Part shown: positions 31,572 to 40,009 of the stretch, piece by piece
Numbering within the stretch: the first letter of the stretch is position 1
How the letters are laid out: each line of letters starts with the position of its first letter
Origin: a phage
Sequence record: PZ496580.1
Reading direction: 5' to 3' (one strand)
Length of the DNA stretch: 64,000 bases
Made by a program: the position numbers and the translations under genes
Notes under the pieces: model-generated
The model's database searches: none
The model's input: only the letters and a program-made list of their open reading frames with translations
Told to the model about the DNA's origin: nothing

Positions 31572-32392
31572 TTAGTCACCTCACCGAAAATTGTAAATTG
31601 TCTACGATTCTCATCGCCGAAGGATTCTACTACGTCGTTTACCTTGATGCAAGTCCCGCGCGGTAAAATTACTTCACATTCGCAAGGATTCCATGCAATA
31701 GACCCAACAACAAAACCTTTATGATCTTTTACGTCAATTACCCATGATACATTACAAGAATGTTGCATCTTTCCGGTCATTGATTCATATCGATTCTCAC
31801 AATAAAGGCTAGTGCTGTTTGAAAGCCATCCTCCAAAGATGATCGGTGTCATGCTGGTCGACACAAAGTTTTTAAAGGTAAACTCCTTATCTTCAATGAT
31901 ACGCTCTATTGTCTGAATGTCAAGATGTTGACCACGATAAAGAGTACCGTTTAACTTTTCGGTTTTATCCATGACGCAATCCATCAAATCAACAATTTCT
32001 GATATCTCGTCGGTCATGTCTTCTTCCCCTAAGAGAGCACCATTTACCCATTCGTATTGTTCAGACACATAATCACAGATTGCATTATATTCTGCTGGGG
32101 TTATGTTGTTATGTTTGTAATGTTTGAATACATTATCTCCAAAGTCTTCGGAGTGTACTTCATACATCACATTAATGATTTTCTTGACAAATCCATAATC
32201 TTGCGTCTCACGCTCAAGGAAGCGAATAACCTTCACGTAATCATCAAAGTTAATCTGATCGCTGATCATCTCAGTGATCATGTAACCATTAATCCCCTCA
32301 ATGCCATATGTTTCGATGTAATTATCCATACGTTCCATCATTGATTCGCGTGATTCTTCTGAAAGACGAAAATCCTGTAATTGTTTGAACAT
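31568..32392 (-). CDS. Alt-like ADP-ribosyltransferase paralog (274 aa)
   Basis: R-S-E triad: LYRG, FVSTS, CECEVILPRG. Confidence 0.7.
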   Translation of the reverse strand: MFKQLQDFRLSEESRESMMERMDNYIETYGIEGINGYMITEMISDQINFDDYVKVIRFLERETQDYGFVKKIINVMYEVHSEDFGDNVFKHYKHNNITPAEYNAICDYVSEQYEWVNGALLGEEDMTDEISEIVDLMDCVMDKTEKLNGTLYRGQHLDIQTIERIIEDKEFTFKNFVSTSMTPIIFGGWLSNSTSLYCENRYESMTGKMQHSCNVSWVIDVKDHKGFVVGSIAWNPCECEVILPRGTCIKVNDVVESFGDENRRQFTIFGEVTK

Positions 32393-32410
32393 TTTAAACC
32401 TCCCATATAA

Positions 32411-32446
32411 CAGAAAACGGGGCTAGTATAAAACTAGTCCCCGTTT
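32411..32446 (-). terminator. Terminator after alt
   Basis: Minus-strand hairpin ACGGGGACTAGTTTTATACTAGCCCCGT followed by TTTTCTG. Confidence 0.5.
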
Positions 32447-32470
32447 GAGTCAACCATTATTTCTTAAAAA

Positions 32471-34522
32471 TTACATTTTAAATTTATCTGGCATTGCGTC
32501 TACAGATACCAGATCAGCGATAAGCTGACGTAGAGTTGCCTTATCTGCTTTCTTACGTTCGGTTTTAGCTTCGGTAATGAAGCTGGAGAAAGAAAGGTCA
32601 GAAGCAGGTTTAACAACACCTTCACGGATGAATGCATCACCGTCCGCGATCATCTCGCCAGATTCTTGTAATGCTGCCAGTTCATTTTTGTTCATAATAT
32701 GTGCCTCAATGTAATAAGTTTCTTGTGAATCCGTTGATGCCGTAGCACGAGTTACCGTATCAAAGGATAACACAACACCGCGAGGAAGTAAAATCTCGCA
32801 TTCTTTGTAAGCAAATGCCTTGTTACCTACTGGCAATACAGGGATGTTTTCCGCGCCAGCGATAGAGAAAGCAACATTAGCGCCACCTTCACCGCGAGAT
32901 CCCGCCATAGAATCAACACCAGCAACGGCACTAGCCACGTTTGCATTCCACCCACCAAAAATATTAGGTGCAAGGGAAGTGCTCACATAGTTTTTAAAGT
33001 AAAACGCTTTTTGCTTACGTGCAGTTTCCCACATTTGAGACCGGAAGTCCATACCACGATACAGAATAGTACCAGGATCAAGTTTAACGCCATAGTTAGA
33101 GAAGGCATTATCCAGTGCATCACACATCTTGACCAATTCTTCTGGGTCTGCGATGCCATCAAACTCTTCCAGCTTACGATCGGTTAGGAAGTTGTTCATA
33201 TTGATGTATGCTGCATCGGCATATTCGCTCAACACAAAACCTTCCGCGCCAGGCAGGTCAAGATCAATATCTGCCATCATTTCACCCATGTTGCTAGCAA
33301 TTGCTTCAAACATACCGGAAGCAACATTACGCAGGGCATCGGTTTTAATCTGCGTGATGTGACTACGAAGCATTTCAGCTTTTACATCTGCTGGCATAGA
33401 CTGGTCTACTCGATCCATTGCTAAGGCAGTGATCTTGTTTTCGAATACTTCCTCGTTCATGATTTCTTTTAAGCGTTTGATTGATGCTGCGATAACTTCC
33501 GCAGACAACGGATCATATTGATCCTGAACTTTTACCAGTTCGCTTACTGCGTATTTTGCATCGGCCTCGCTTTCAAAAATAGTACGCATGAAACCATAGC
33601 GAGTGATAATATCACTTGTCCAATCATTCAGAGAACGCGCGGTTGAACGTTCTAAGGCTTGACGGTCAATCAGAGTATTAAACTGTTTCTTAGGTTCGGC
33701 TTCGGTGATATCTTCTTCCGGTTTAAGATTAATTTTTTCTGGATGATTCACATAGTCGCTGTTATAGGTCGCTTGAGTTTTCAGCATTTCTTCTTTAGTC
33801 AAACGAGATTTAGCCGCTACGCGTTGTTCTGCTTCCGCGTTTCGTTCTTCTTCTGACACAAGACTAGCCGCATACGCTTCATCTTTAGTCAGAGATTCGC
33901 CAGTAGCCTTAGATACCCAGCGATCACCTAAATCACTTTCTACTTTAGTGAACAAGGATTCATCAAGTTTAATCCCTTTAATCTTATCAATCGCCATCCC
34001 GCGACGTTTGACAACAACTAAAGCGATCTTTTTGCTGGTCATTACTTCCTGCTGGAATACTTCAAACTTCGGTGTACGACGCACCAAACGCTCTATAACG
34101 CGCTTAACCAGTTCGGTCTTACCTTTCATGCGGGATACGTTAAAACGGAACATAACAGCGTCTAATTGCGCTTTACGGGCTGTTTCCATAACCACATCAA
34201 AAGCACTTGCCATAACTGCAATCGGGTTATCGCCTAGACCATTTTTAAGCTGTACAATACGACCGCTTTTGTTCATTTCGCACAGTACAACATGTGCGGT
34301 CTTGTCACCCATACGAATGATTTTAGGTGTTTTGTTGGTGAAGTTACAAAGACGGACAATCACATCTTTATCGCGTGTCTGTACTGCAAAAAGCTGTTTA
34401 GGATTCTGCTTAGGCTTTAAGCACTGTACCGGGGCAATACTGCCAAAGTTTTCTTCCTCTTCTGTCAACAGCCATTTCTCGAAAGATTCAATCATTAGAT
34501 CGTCGATTTCTAAGTTAAACAT
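32471..34522 (-). CDS. alt: Alt ADP-ribosyltransferase
   Basis: 683 aa (T4 Alt 682); R-S-E triad ILYRG, YVSTS, ECEILLPRG. Confidence 0.85.
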   Translation of the reverse strand: MFNLEIDDLMIESFEKWLLTEEEENFGSIAPVQCLKPKQNPKQLFAVQTRDKDVIVRLCNFTNKTPKIIRMGDKTAHVVLCEMNKSGRIVQLKNGLGDNPIAVMASAFDVVMETARKAQLDAVMFRFNVSRMKGKTELVKRVIERLVRRTPKFEVFQQEVMTSKKIALVVVKRRGMAIDKIKGIKLDESLFTKVESDLGDRWVSKATGESLTKDEAYAASLVSEEERNAEAEQRVAAKSRLTKEEMLKTQATYNSDYVNHPEKINLKPEEDITEAEPKKQFNTLIDRQALERSTARSLNDWTSDIITRYGFMRTIFESEADAKYAVSELVKVQDQYDPLSAEVIAASIKRLKEIMNEEVFENKITALAMDRVDQSMPADVKAEMLRSHITQIKTDALRNVASGMFEAIASNMGEMMADIDLDLPGAEGFVLSEYADAAYINMNNFLTDRKLEEFDGIADPEELVKMCDALDNAFSNYGVKLDPGTILYRGMDFRSQMWETARKQKAFYFKNYVSTSLAPNIFGGWNANVASAVAGVDSMAGSRGEGGANVAFSIAGAENIPVLPVGNKAFAYKECEILLPRGVVLSFDTVTRATASTDSQETYYIEAHIMNKNELAALQESGEMIADGDAFIREGVVKPASDLSFSSFITEAKTERKKADKATLRQLIADLVSVDAMPDKFKM

Positions 34523-34561
34523 TTTATATCCTCTAGTTGATAACCTATAAACCTATATTTA

Positions 34562-34587
34562 TGAAAAAGGGGCTTAACGCCCCTTTT
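34562..34587 (-). terminator. Terminator GGGGCGTTAAGCCCC plus T-run
   Basis: Same hairpin recurs at 39020-39040. Confidence 0.5.
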
Positions 34588-34588
34588 A

Positions 34589-34801
34589 TTATAATGCACC
34601 ATCAAGCAATTGCTCTAAGGTGTATCCTGAATAGTCTTTTTCAATCAGGATATATTTTCCTACTCGTTTAATCCAACCGCGCATTTCAACGTATTCTGCG
34701 TAGTTGATGGTACGAGTTGTTCCATCTTCCAGTAATGCAGTACCGATTTCGTTGATGCGGTCATAAGTTACGTCGGTAATGATGATTTCGATGTTAGCCA
34801 T
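34589..34801 (-). CDS. Hypothetical protein (70 aa, MANIE start)
   Basis: ATG 9 nt after SD AAGGAG of promoter cassette 34838-34866; shares first five codons with ORF 36856-37107. Confidence 0.45.
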   Translation of the reverse strand: MANIEIIITDVTYDRINEIGTALLEDGTTRTINYAEYVEMRGWIKRVGKYILIEKDYSGYTLEQLLDGAL

Positions 34802-34837
34802 TTGATACTCCTTAGTAGTTCGTTTCGGTATGTGTGC

Positions 34838-34866
34838 ATTATAGGGGATCACCGATCCCCTGTCAA
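34838..34866 (-). promoter_or_regulatory. Early promoter cassette (PeSL-type): TTGACA-N17-TATAAT with palindromic spacer
   Basis: Minus strand reads TTGACAGGGGATCGGTGATCCCCTATAAT; spacer is a perfect inverted repeat. Confidence 0.7.
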
Positions 34867-34874
34867 CAACTTTT

Positions 34875-35393
34875 TTAGTTATTTTTTAATTGCTCATCTT
34901 GCAATAGGGCAATCACATGCTGGCGATGTTCTTCCGATTGAGGCACACCGAAAAAGTTTGTTTTGTAGAAATACTCTAATCGGTCTTCTCGTGTGCTCTC
35001 TTCCATCATGATCGCTGGTAGACCAAGATTGCGGAAACGTCGCTTTTCTGCTGGCGTAAAATCGCTGTAATACAGCATAGAATCATCATTACCAGCAATG
35101 CTAAACTCATCCTTCATGAAGGAGAATATTGCGTTTAAACGCTGTTTACCGTCCACGATTTCGATCTCATAGCGAGAGCCATCATCAATCTTAGCCATTG
35201 CGATAGCGCCTACCGGAAAATCATTAATCAGGTTTTCGATAAACATACGTTTGTTTTCTGTGTCCCATACCAAAGGACGCTGATAATCTGGGTTCATGTT
35301 GATATAGCCATCTTCTAACCATGCTTCGTAAACAGAGATGACAAAGTTTTTAGTATTGGTATAGTAACGGCGTTTAGGCGTTAAACGGTTCAT
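34875..35393 (-). CDS. DUF262 / ParB-like nuclease-domain protein
   Basis: DYQRPLVW...FPVGAI...IVDGKQRL matches the DUF262 (GmrSD N-terminal) signature. Confidence 0.6.
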   Translation of the reverse strand: MNRLTPKRRYYTNTKNFVISVYEAWLEDGYINMNPDYQRPLVWDTENKRMFIENLINDFPVGAIAMAKIDDGSRYEIEIVDGKQRLNAIFSFMKDEFSIAGNDDSMLYYSDFTPAEKRRFRNLGLPAIMMEESTREDRLEYFYKTNFFGVPQSEEHRQHVIALLQDEQLKNN

Positions 35394-35569
35394 AATGTGC
35401 TTACCTTTTCAATATATGCGTCCGCATACTGGCGAATGCTCATTTCTTCTCGTACTGCTGCTACAAATTCTTTCATGGATTCAAACCATTTGTAGGTGTC
35501 GCGATACATGACCAACTCTTCCCAAGTAAGATCGCAAATCTCTTTACCGTGTAGTTGTGGTGTTATCAT
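35390..35569 (-). CDS. Small ORF (59 aa), translationally coupled
   Basis: ATGA overlap with the downstream DUF262 gene; below track length cutoff. Confidence 0.3.
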   Translation of the reverse strand: MITPQLHGKEICDLTWEELVMYRDTYKWFESMKEFVAAVREEMSIRQYADAYIEKVSTL

Positions 35570-35901
35570 AATATAGTTCTCCTGAATGGATCATCACGTA
35601 AATCAATATCTTTTAAGAACTCATCCCATGAATGGCGGATATTGTTCTTAATTCTCCAGATAAGCGCAGGGATTGAACGCTCACCCATCTGGAAGTAAGG
35701 ATCATATGATCCGTATGCCCAATATGCTACTACAATTCCACAATCAGCGCAATAGTATTCTATCTCGCTTGCTGGCGACCAAAGTCCATCAATATGATCG
35801 GTGATCTTGCTTTCAATGTTATGACTATGGCAATTAGGGCAACGTATGCAATGACCTTGTTTATCGTAATTTGACGTTAGAGAATACTTAAACAATCTCA
35901 T
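35566..35901 (-). CDS. Zinc-ribbon protein (111 aa)
   Basis: CIRCPNCH ... CADCG four-Cys arrangement; TAATG coupling to the upstream MTase-like gene. Confidence 0.5.
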   Translation of the reverse strand: MRLFKYSLTSNYDKQGHCIRCPNCHSHNIESKITDHIDGLWSPASEIEYYCADCGIVVAYWAYGSYDPYFQMGERSIPALIWRIKNNIRHSWDEFLKDIDLRDDPFRRTIL

Positions 35902-36617
35902 TATAGATCCTTATTGGCTTCAAATACTGCCTTTGCGAATCCTCGCGGGGTAAGTGACCTGATAGTCTTTGTTCTGGTTCCTTTCCCGCCTAGCTTAGAA
36001 TGCTGTTTGCTGTACCCTTTATTAATCGGCAACGGTTTCTTTTCTGGCATTATAAAGCCTTGTCCGGTCCACAAGCAAGTCTTTTTCGGGTACATATCAC
36101 GGGAGGCAATATACTCAGGAAACGTAGGATGTATATCATCTTCCGGCAAATAACCGCCATATTCCCACGGATGGAACATGTAATCAGGCTTACGCCACAT
36201 GCTAGAGATAACGCTTACAGGATTCTCTATCATGTAGGGAACTCCTAGCCATTCACCCAAATAAGCGGTTATTTTAGCTGCCCTTACATCATGAATTTGA
36301 ATTAATGGTCCTTGCTCTCGTTTCTTTCGTTCAAAGTGTGCAGCGCCACTAACAGCTAAATTGGTGCATGGTGGGAATGCAAATATAATATCCGGTTTCC
36401 CCCATTCAAGGTCCATTGCTCTTTCCAGCCAGTTCAAATCAATCCATGTGTTTACATAGGTAATGTTTGGATGTTCAAATCGGGTATTATATTTTTTGTA
36501 TGTACCGTGGTCGCCATCGTCAGCATTAAAGCAGATCACCTTATGACCTGCTTTAGCCCATTCTAGCCCCATTATCCCCGATCCGTCAAAGTTGCAGAAT
36601 ATTAATTTTTGTTTCAT
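35901..36617 (-). CDS. Minimal C5-cytosine methyltransferase-like protein (238 aa)
   Basis: Motif I-like FDGSGIMG, motif IV DIIFAFPPC, motif VI ENP, motif IX-like RSLTPRG; no room for a target-recognition domain. Confidence 0.55.
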   Translation of the reverse strand: MKQKLIFCNFDGSGIMGLEWAKAGHKVICFNADDGDHGTYKKYNTRFEHPNITYVNTWIDLNWLERAMDLEWGKPDIIFAFPPCTNLAVSGAAHFERKKREQGPLIQIHDVRAAKITAYLGEWLGVPYMIENPVSVISSMWRKPDYMFHPWEYGGYLPEDDIHPTFPEYIASRDMYPKKTCLWTGQGFIMPEKKPLPINKGYSKQHSKLGGKGTRTKTIRSLTPRGFAKAVFEANKDL

Positions 36618-36859
36618 ATACGCCCCTTTAACCCAACACAGATTTTAGAAGGTTCTTTACCGTGCCACATTAAGTAAAGTCCGTTAGTGCGGCCTTGTTT
36701 TGTATATGATTCTTTTCTAATCTTCTTATAGTGTCGTGCTTCCTCAACCGATTGTTTAGAATACCAATCATAAAGGAAGATGAACAAAGGCCAACCATTA
36801 GCGGCCTTAATGCAGTTATTAAGAAATTCCTTATTGCGTTTAATTAATTTTCTTTTCAC
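36614..36859 (-). CDS. Hypothetical basic protein (81 aa)
   Basis: Probable GTG start overlapping upstream stop; hydrophobic core segment. Confidence 0.35.
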   Translation of the reverse strand: MKRKLIKRNKEFLNNCIKAANGWPLFIFLYDWYSKQSVEEARHYKKIRKESYTKQGRTNGLYLMWHGKEPSKICVGLKGRI

Positions 36860-37107
36860 GCTGCCCCCGTTGGTTTGATAGTAACAGAATCTAAAAGACC
36901 TTTGTTAGCCAGTTCGCGGCAAGTTTTCAGATCCGCAACTTCCCAGCCAGCCGCAATCAGGTTATCAATCAGGCTGTTAGCAACTTCTTCGCTCATGAAA
37001 GAGCACTGTTTGCCGATGGTGTAGCGTACACGCTGTAATTTCAGTTTACGGAAGCCTTTAACGTTCAGGTCTTTAGCGATTTTCTTTGCGGTTTCGATGT
37101 TAGCCAT
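36856..37107 (-). CDS. Hypothetical protein (83 aa, MANIE start)
   Basis: First gene behind promoter cassette 37148-37176. Confidence 0.5.
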   Translation of the reverse strand: MANIETAKKIAKDLNVKGFRKLKLQRVRYTIGKQCSFMSEEVANSLIDNLIAAGWEVADLKTCRELANKGLLDSVTIKPTGAA

Positions 37108-37147
37108 TGTTTGATTCTCCTAAGTAGTATCTCGTCTTGATGTGTGT

Positions 37148-37176
37148 ATTATAGGGGATGGTGTCTCCCCTGTCAA
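37148..37176 (-). promoter_or_regulatory. Early promoter cassette (PeSL-type)
   Basis: TTGACA-GGGGAGACACCATCCCC-TATAAT on minus strand. Confidence 0.7.
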
Positions 37177-37190
37177 CACTTTTTATAAAA

Positions 37191-37358
37191 TTATTTGTTA
37201 ATTTCCGGTGCGTTGCTCGGATAGTAACCTTCTTTAACTCCGAGGTATTTCGCAACCATCCCTACAATCTTCTGTGCTACTACAATGTCAAATTTCAGAT
37301 AATCTTCGCCGTGGGTTTCAATGATATATGCTTCACATGCTGCTTTAGTCTCGAACAT
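37191..37358 (-). CDS. Small protein (55 aa), paralog of 40945-41112
   Basis: MFETKAACEAYIIETHGEDYLKFDIVVAQKIVGMVAKYLGVKEGYYPSNAPEINK; about 85 percent identical to the copy at 40945-41112. Confidence 0.45.
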   Translation of the reverse strand: MFETKAACEAYIIETHGEDYLKFDIVVAQKIVGMVAKYLGVKEGYYPSNAPEINK

Positions 37359-37391
37359 TTTGATTCTCCTATTTCGTTTCGGTATGTGTGT

Positions 37392-37421
37392 ATTATAGGG
37401 GATCTCCCGATCCCCGTCAAC
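37392..37421 (-). promoter_or_regulatory. Early promoter cassette (PeSL-type)
   Basis: GTTGAC-GGGGATCGGGAGATCCCC-TATAAT. Confidence 0.65.
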
Positions 37422-37434
37422 AACTTTTTTAAAA

Positions 37435-37716
37435 TTATTCGTGATTAGTTTCGATATTGTACATTTTGCACCAGTTCAGCCAATCGCCCAGATCTTGATA
37501 GTTGATGCTTTTATCTGCTGCCATAGTTTTTGTCTTGATACCCATATGTGCGTTATGAGTAAGCATTTTTACAGTGAACTCGATTTTATCGCCTTTAGCT
37601 TTAACATCAACCAGTTTGGTCCACTGGCTACCAGCGCCGCGAATGTTCATACCAACGATGTTTCCGATGTATGCTTCTTTGTTTTTCAGGATTTCGGTTG
37701 CTTTGATGAATTTCAT
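37435..37716 (-). CDS. Hypothetical protein (93 aa)
   Basis: ORF behind promoter cassette 37750-37778. Confidence 0.5.
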   Translation of the reverse strand: MKFIKATEILKNKEAYIGNIVGMNIRGAGSQWTKLVDVKAKGDKIEFTVKMLTHNAHMGIKTKTMAADKSINYQDLGDWLNWCKMYNIETNHE

Positions 37717-37749
37717 TTTTGATTCTCCAGTTCGTTTCGGTATGTGTGT

Positions 37750-37778
37750 ATTATGCTATGTTCTTACTTTGGTGTCAA
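37750..37778 (-). promoter_or_regulatory. Early promoter cassette (variant, -10 CATAAT)
   Basis: TTGACA-N17-CATAAT plus conserved UTR ACCGAAACGAACTGGAGAATCAAAA. Confidence 0.6.
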
Positions 37779-37786
37779 CAACTTTT

Positions 37787-38056
37787 TTAGATATTTTCAG
37801 AAATAAATTTTAAAACTTGACGTAAATGTTTCTCATCTTTGATAGTCGCCGGAAGTTCTTCTTTTACTTCCTGTGCAAGATAGATATTTCCGTTCCAAGT
37901 GAAAGATCCGTCTTCGTTTACGCGATAGCTGAACATCCACTCGCAATCATTTTCGATTTCATATACACACAGAAGGGTGTAATCATTAAAGCTGTTGATT
38001 TCAAGGTCGAGGCCGTGACGTTTTGCAAAGTTGGTAGTGGTTTTAGTCAATGCCAT
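37787..38056 (-). CDS. Hypothetical protein (89 aa)
   Basis: ORF behind promoter cassette 38097-38125. Confidence 0.5.
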   Translation of the reverse strand: MALTKTTTNFAKRHGLDLEINSFNDYTLLCVYEIENDCEWMFSYRVNEDGSFTWNGNIYLAQEVKEELPATIKDEKHLRQVLKFISENI

Positions 38057-38096
38057 TGTTTGATTCTCCTAAGTGGTATCTCGTTTCGATAGGTGT

Positions 38097-38125
38097 ATTA
38101 TGATATAGGCGTGATCTGGTGTCAA
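38097..38125 (-). promoter_or_regulatory. Early promoter cassette (variant)
   Basis: TTGACA-N17-CATAAT. Confidence 0.6.
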
Positions 38126-38145
38126 CAACTTTTTTAAAATTTAGG

Positions 38146-38172
38146 CAATAAAAAGCCGACACTAAGGTCGGC
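38146..38172 (-). terminator. Terminator GCCGACCTTAGTGTCGGC plus TTTTTATT
   Basis: Hairpin plus T-run; duplicated at 38653-38679. Confidence 0.6.
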
Positions 38173-38177
38173 ACATT

Positions 38178-38432
38178 TTAAAAATTCTTGCTATATATGC
38201 AAGCCTCATAATCTAGAGGATGACCGCCAATCCTACCAGGCTTAATATTCCAACCGCATCGATATTTGCTGACCATGCTAACCGTTTCGGTTCTTAGAGC
38301 ATTTCTTTGCAAATCATACCCCCTAAATTCTTGTCTATAAGGACAGTCCGCTTTGCAAGTTGGCGGTTCTACGTCATTTAGCGGGTCAGAAGCAGTTGGC
38401 TTTATTATCAATTCTTTGTTTGCAATAATCAT
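38178..38432 (-). CDS. Hypothetical protein (about 84 aa), overlapping the preceding ORF
   Basis: Start placed at internal ATG (MIIANKEL); overlaps the 3' end of ORF 38386-38565 in another frame; start uncertain. Confidence 0.3.
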   Translation of the reverse strand: MIIANKELIIKPTASDPLNDVEPPTCKADCPYRQEFRGYDLQRNALRTETVSMVSKYRCGWNIKPGRIGGHPLDYEACIYSKNF

Positions 38433-38565
38433 AAGCACATCCCATTGAAGGCAATTTAACATCTTCGCAATAAGTGTTGAATCCGTCAAATACAATCACT
38501 TCGTATTTGACTCCATCGGCGATAGCTTTTACTTTATACCATCCATGCTTGTATAAAATCTTCAT
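38386..38565 (-). CDS. Hypothetical Cys-containing protein (59 aa)
   Basis: ATG at 38565 after promoter cassette 38599-38627. Confidence 0.4.
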   Translation of the reverse strand: MKILYKHGWYKVKAIADGVKYEVIVFDGFNTYCEDVKLPSMGCAYDYCKQRIDNKANCF

Positions 38566-38598
38566 CTTTATTTCCCTCAATCTCGTTTCGATGGGTGT

Positions 38599-38627
38599 AT
38601 TATGCTATAGGCGTGATCTGGTGTCAA
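38599..38627 (-). promoter_or_regulatory. Early promoter cassette (variant)
   Basis: TTGACA-N17-CATAAT. Confidence 0.6.
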
Positions 38628-38652
38628 TGCCTTTTTTTTTAAAAATTTTATG

Positions 38653-38679
38653 CAATAAAAAGCCGACACTAAGGTCGGC
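38653..38679 (-). terminator. Terminator GCCGACCTTAGTGTCGGC plus T-run
   Basis: Copy of 38146-38172. Confidence 0.6.
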
Positions 38680-38687
38680 TAATAAAA

Positions 38688-38997
38688 TCATTTAGACAAA
38701 TAATCATTCTGTGCAATCCGGTCGGCGTATGCTGGTGTTATGTCAATCGCCAGCACTTTAACGCGTGCTTTCTTGCGACCTGAGTTTTCTCGTAACCAGT
38801 GCTCATGACCGTGAACATTTTTATACTTTGATGCTGTTTCGAAAGTACGGATCGGACCTGGGTAATCAGCGTAAAGGATCTCTAGGTCTTCGGTGATGTA
38901 AAAATATACATCATAATTACTGTTCTCTAGTTTAAGCAGAGAGTTGCGTAATTGTGGTAAATTCTCGCGGGTAAATTCAACTACAAGATTTTTCATA
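38688..38997 (-). CDS. Small protein, HxHW family member A (102 aa)
   Basis: C-terminal GHEHW...VKVLAIDI signature shared with four or five other ORFs; start at MKNLVV. Confidence 0.5.
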
Positions 38998-39019
38998 GTG
39001 ATATCCTCATTCAGATAGA

Positions 39020-39040
39020 TTAAAAGGGGCTTAACGCCCC
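39020..39040 (-). terminator. Terminator GGGGCGTTAAGCCCC plus T-run
   Basis: Same hairpin as 34562-34587. Confidence 0.5.
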
Positions 39041-39045
39041 ATATA

Positions 39046-39333
39046 TTAAAACAGTCCTTCCTGTACACCGTAGTAGAGTTCATCGCTGATAATTTCATTA
39101 ATGCGACGGTGTGCATATTCCTGATTTGCGAAGTTGTCAGCAAGTTCTACTTTAGTTTCGCCGTCATGAGTCCATTTAGTGATAACTTTACCATCTGCAA
39201 ATTTGAAGTTGAACTCTTTAGCTACTGCATCGCGTACCAGACGTGCAAACTTGTTGTTACGGATTGCATTATCGGTCTCGTGTGCAGCGTGAGCAAATTT
39301 GTTAACTTTCAGCGTGATAGTGATGTATGCCAT
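39046..39333 (-). CDS. Hypothetical protein (95 aa)
   Basis: ORF behind promoter cassette 39374-39402. Confidence 0.5.
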   Translation of the reverse strand: MAYITITLKVNKFAHAAHETDNAIRNNKFARLVRDAVAKEFNFKFADGKVITKWTHDGETKVELADNFANQEYAHRRINEIISDELYYGVQEGLF

Positions 39334-39373
39334 TGTTTGATTCTCCTAAGTGGTATCTCGTTTCGATGGGTGT

Positions 39374-39402
39374 ATTATGCTATACACCCGATCTTATGTC
39401 AA
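39374..39402 (-). promoter_or_regulatory. Early promoter cassette (variant)
   Basis: TTGACA-N17-CATAAT. Confidence 0.6.
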
Positions 39403-39407
39403 CACTT

Positions 39408-39686
39408 TTATAAAATAATTTTTTGATATTTTTCTATGATGTTTGAGTAGGTCACATCAACCGCTAGCACCGTTGCTTCGAATCCACCGTCTAGCCAATG
39501 GCTATGGTCATGATCGTGAAAGAAACCAAGACCAGTACGAAGACCTTCTTTATATTCGGCGCGTACATTCAGTTTGTCGTCGATAAACAGATAAAACCAT
39601 GAATTTTTACTAGGATTGATGATACAACCTTTCAGATTAGGGAGAATATCACGACTAAGAATAAACTTATCACCTACTTTGAACAT
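39408..39686 (-). CDS. Small protein, HxHW family member B (92 aa)
   Basis: FYLFIDDK ... HDHDHSHW ... TVLAVDV; SD GAGGA. Confidence 0.5.
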   Translation of the reverse strand: MFKVGDKFILSRDILPNLKGCIINPSKNSWFYLFIDDKLNVRAEYKEGLRTGLGFFHDHDHSHWLDGGFEATVLAVDVTYSNIIEKYQKIIL

Positions 39687-39709
39687 AATATTGTCCTCAC
39701 TTATAAAGT

Positions 39710-40009
39710 TTAACTGTTGTTTTTCTCGTAATGCTGCATACGTGCTTGATCTGCTTCCGCTGGTGATAGATTCCATGCGATCACTACAACTTCTGACGCA
39801 TCATGATCATTATCACTTACCCAATGATTATGATTCATACAATTGTTTGCTATCGCGTGAGCAAATGATCTCATTACAGGAGACGTATAATCATAGTAAC
39901 GGATTTTCAGATTTTCATCAACGTACAAATAGATCGTATAAGGTTTATATTCAGTAACCAGTAACAGACAGTTACGCAATTCTGGGAAAATCTTTTTAGT
40001 TAATTTCAT
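39710..40009 (-). CDS. Small protein, HxHW family member C (99 aa)
   Basis: YLYVDENL ... NHNHW ... VVVIAWNL. Confidence 0.5.
   Translation of the reverse strand: MKLTKKIFPELRNCLLLVTEYKPYTIYLYVDENLKIRYYDYTSPVMRSFAHAIANNCMNHNHWVSDNDHDASEVVVIAWNLSPAEADQARMQHYEKNNS

Larger units (their letters stand above)
38075..38172. repeat. About 95 bp cassette (UTR + promoter + terminator), copy 1
   Basis: About 90 percent identical to 38581-38679. Confidence 0.65.
38581..38679. repeat. About 95 bp cassette (UTR + promoter + terminator), copy 2
   Basis: Near-identical to 38075-38172. Confidence 0.65.
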
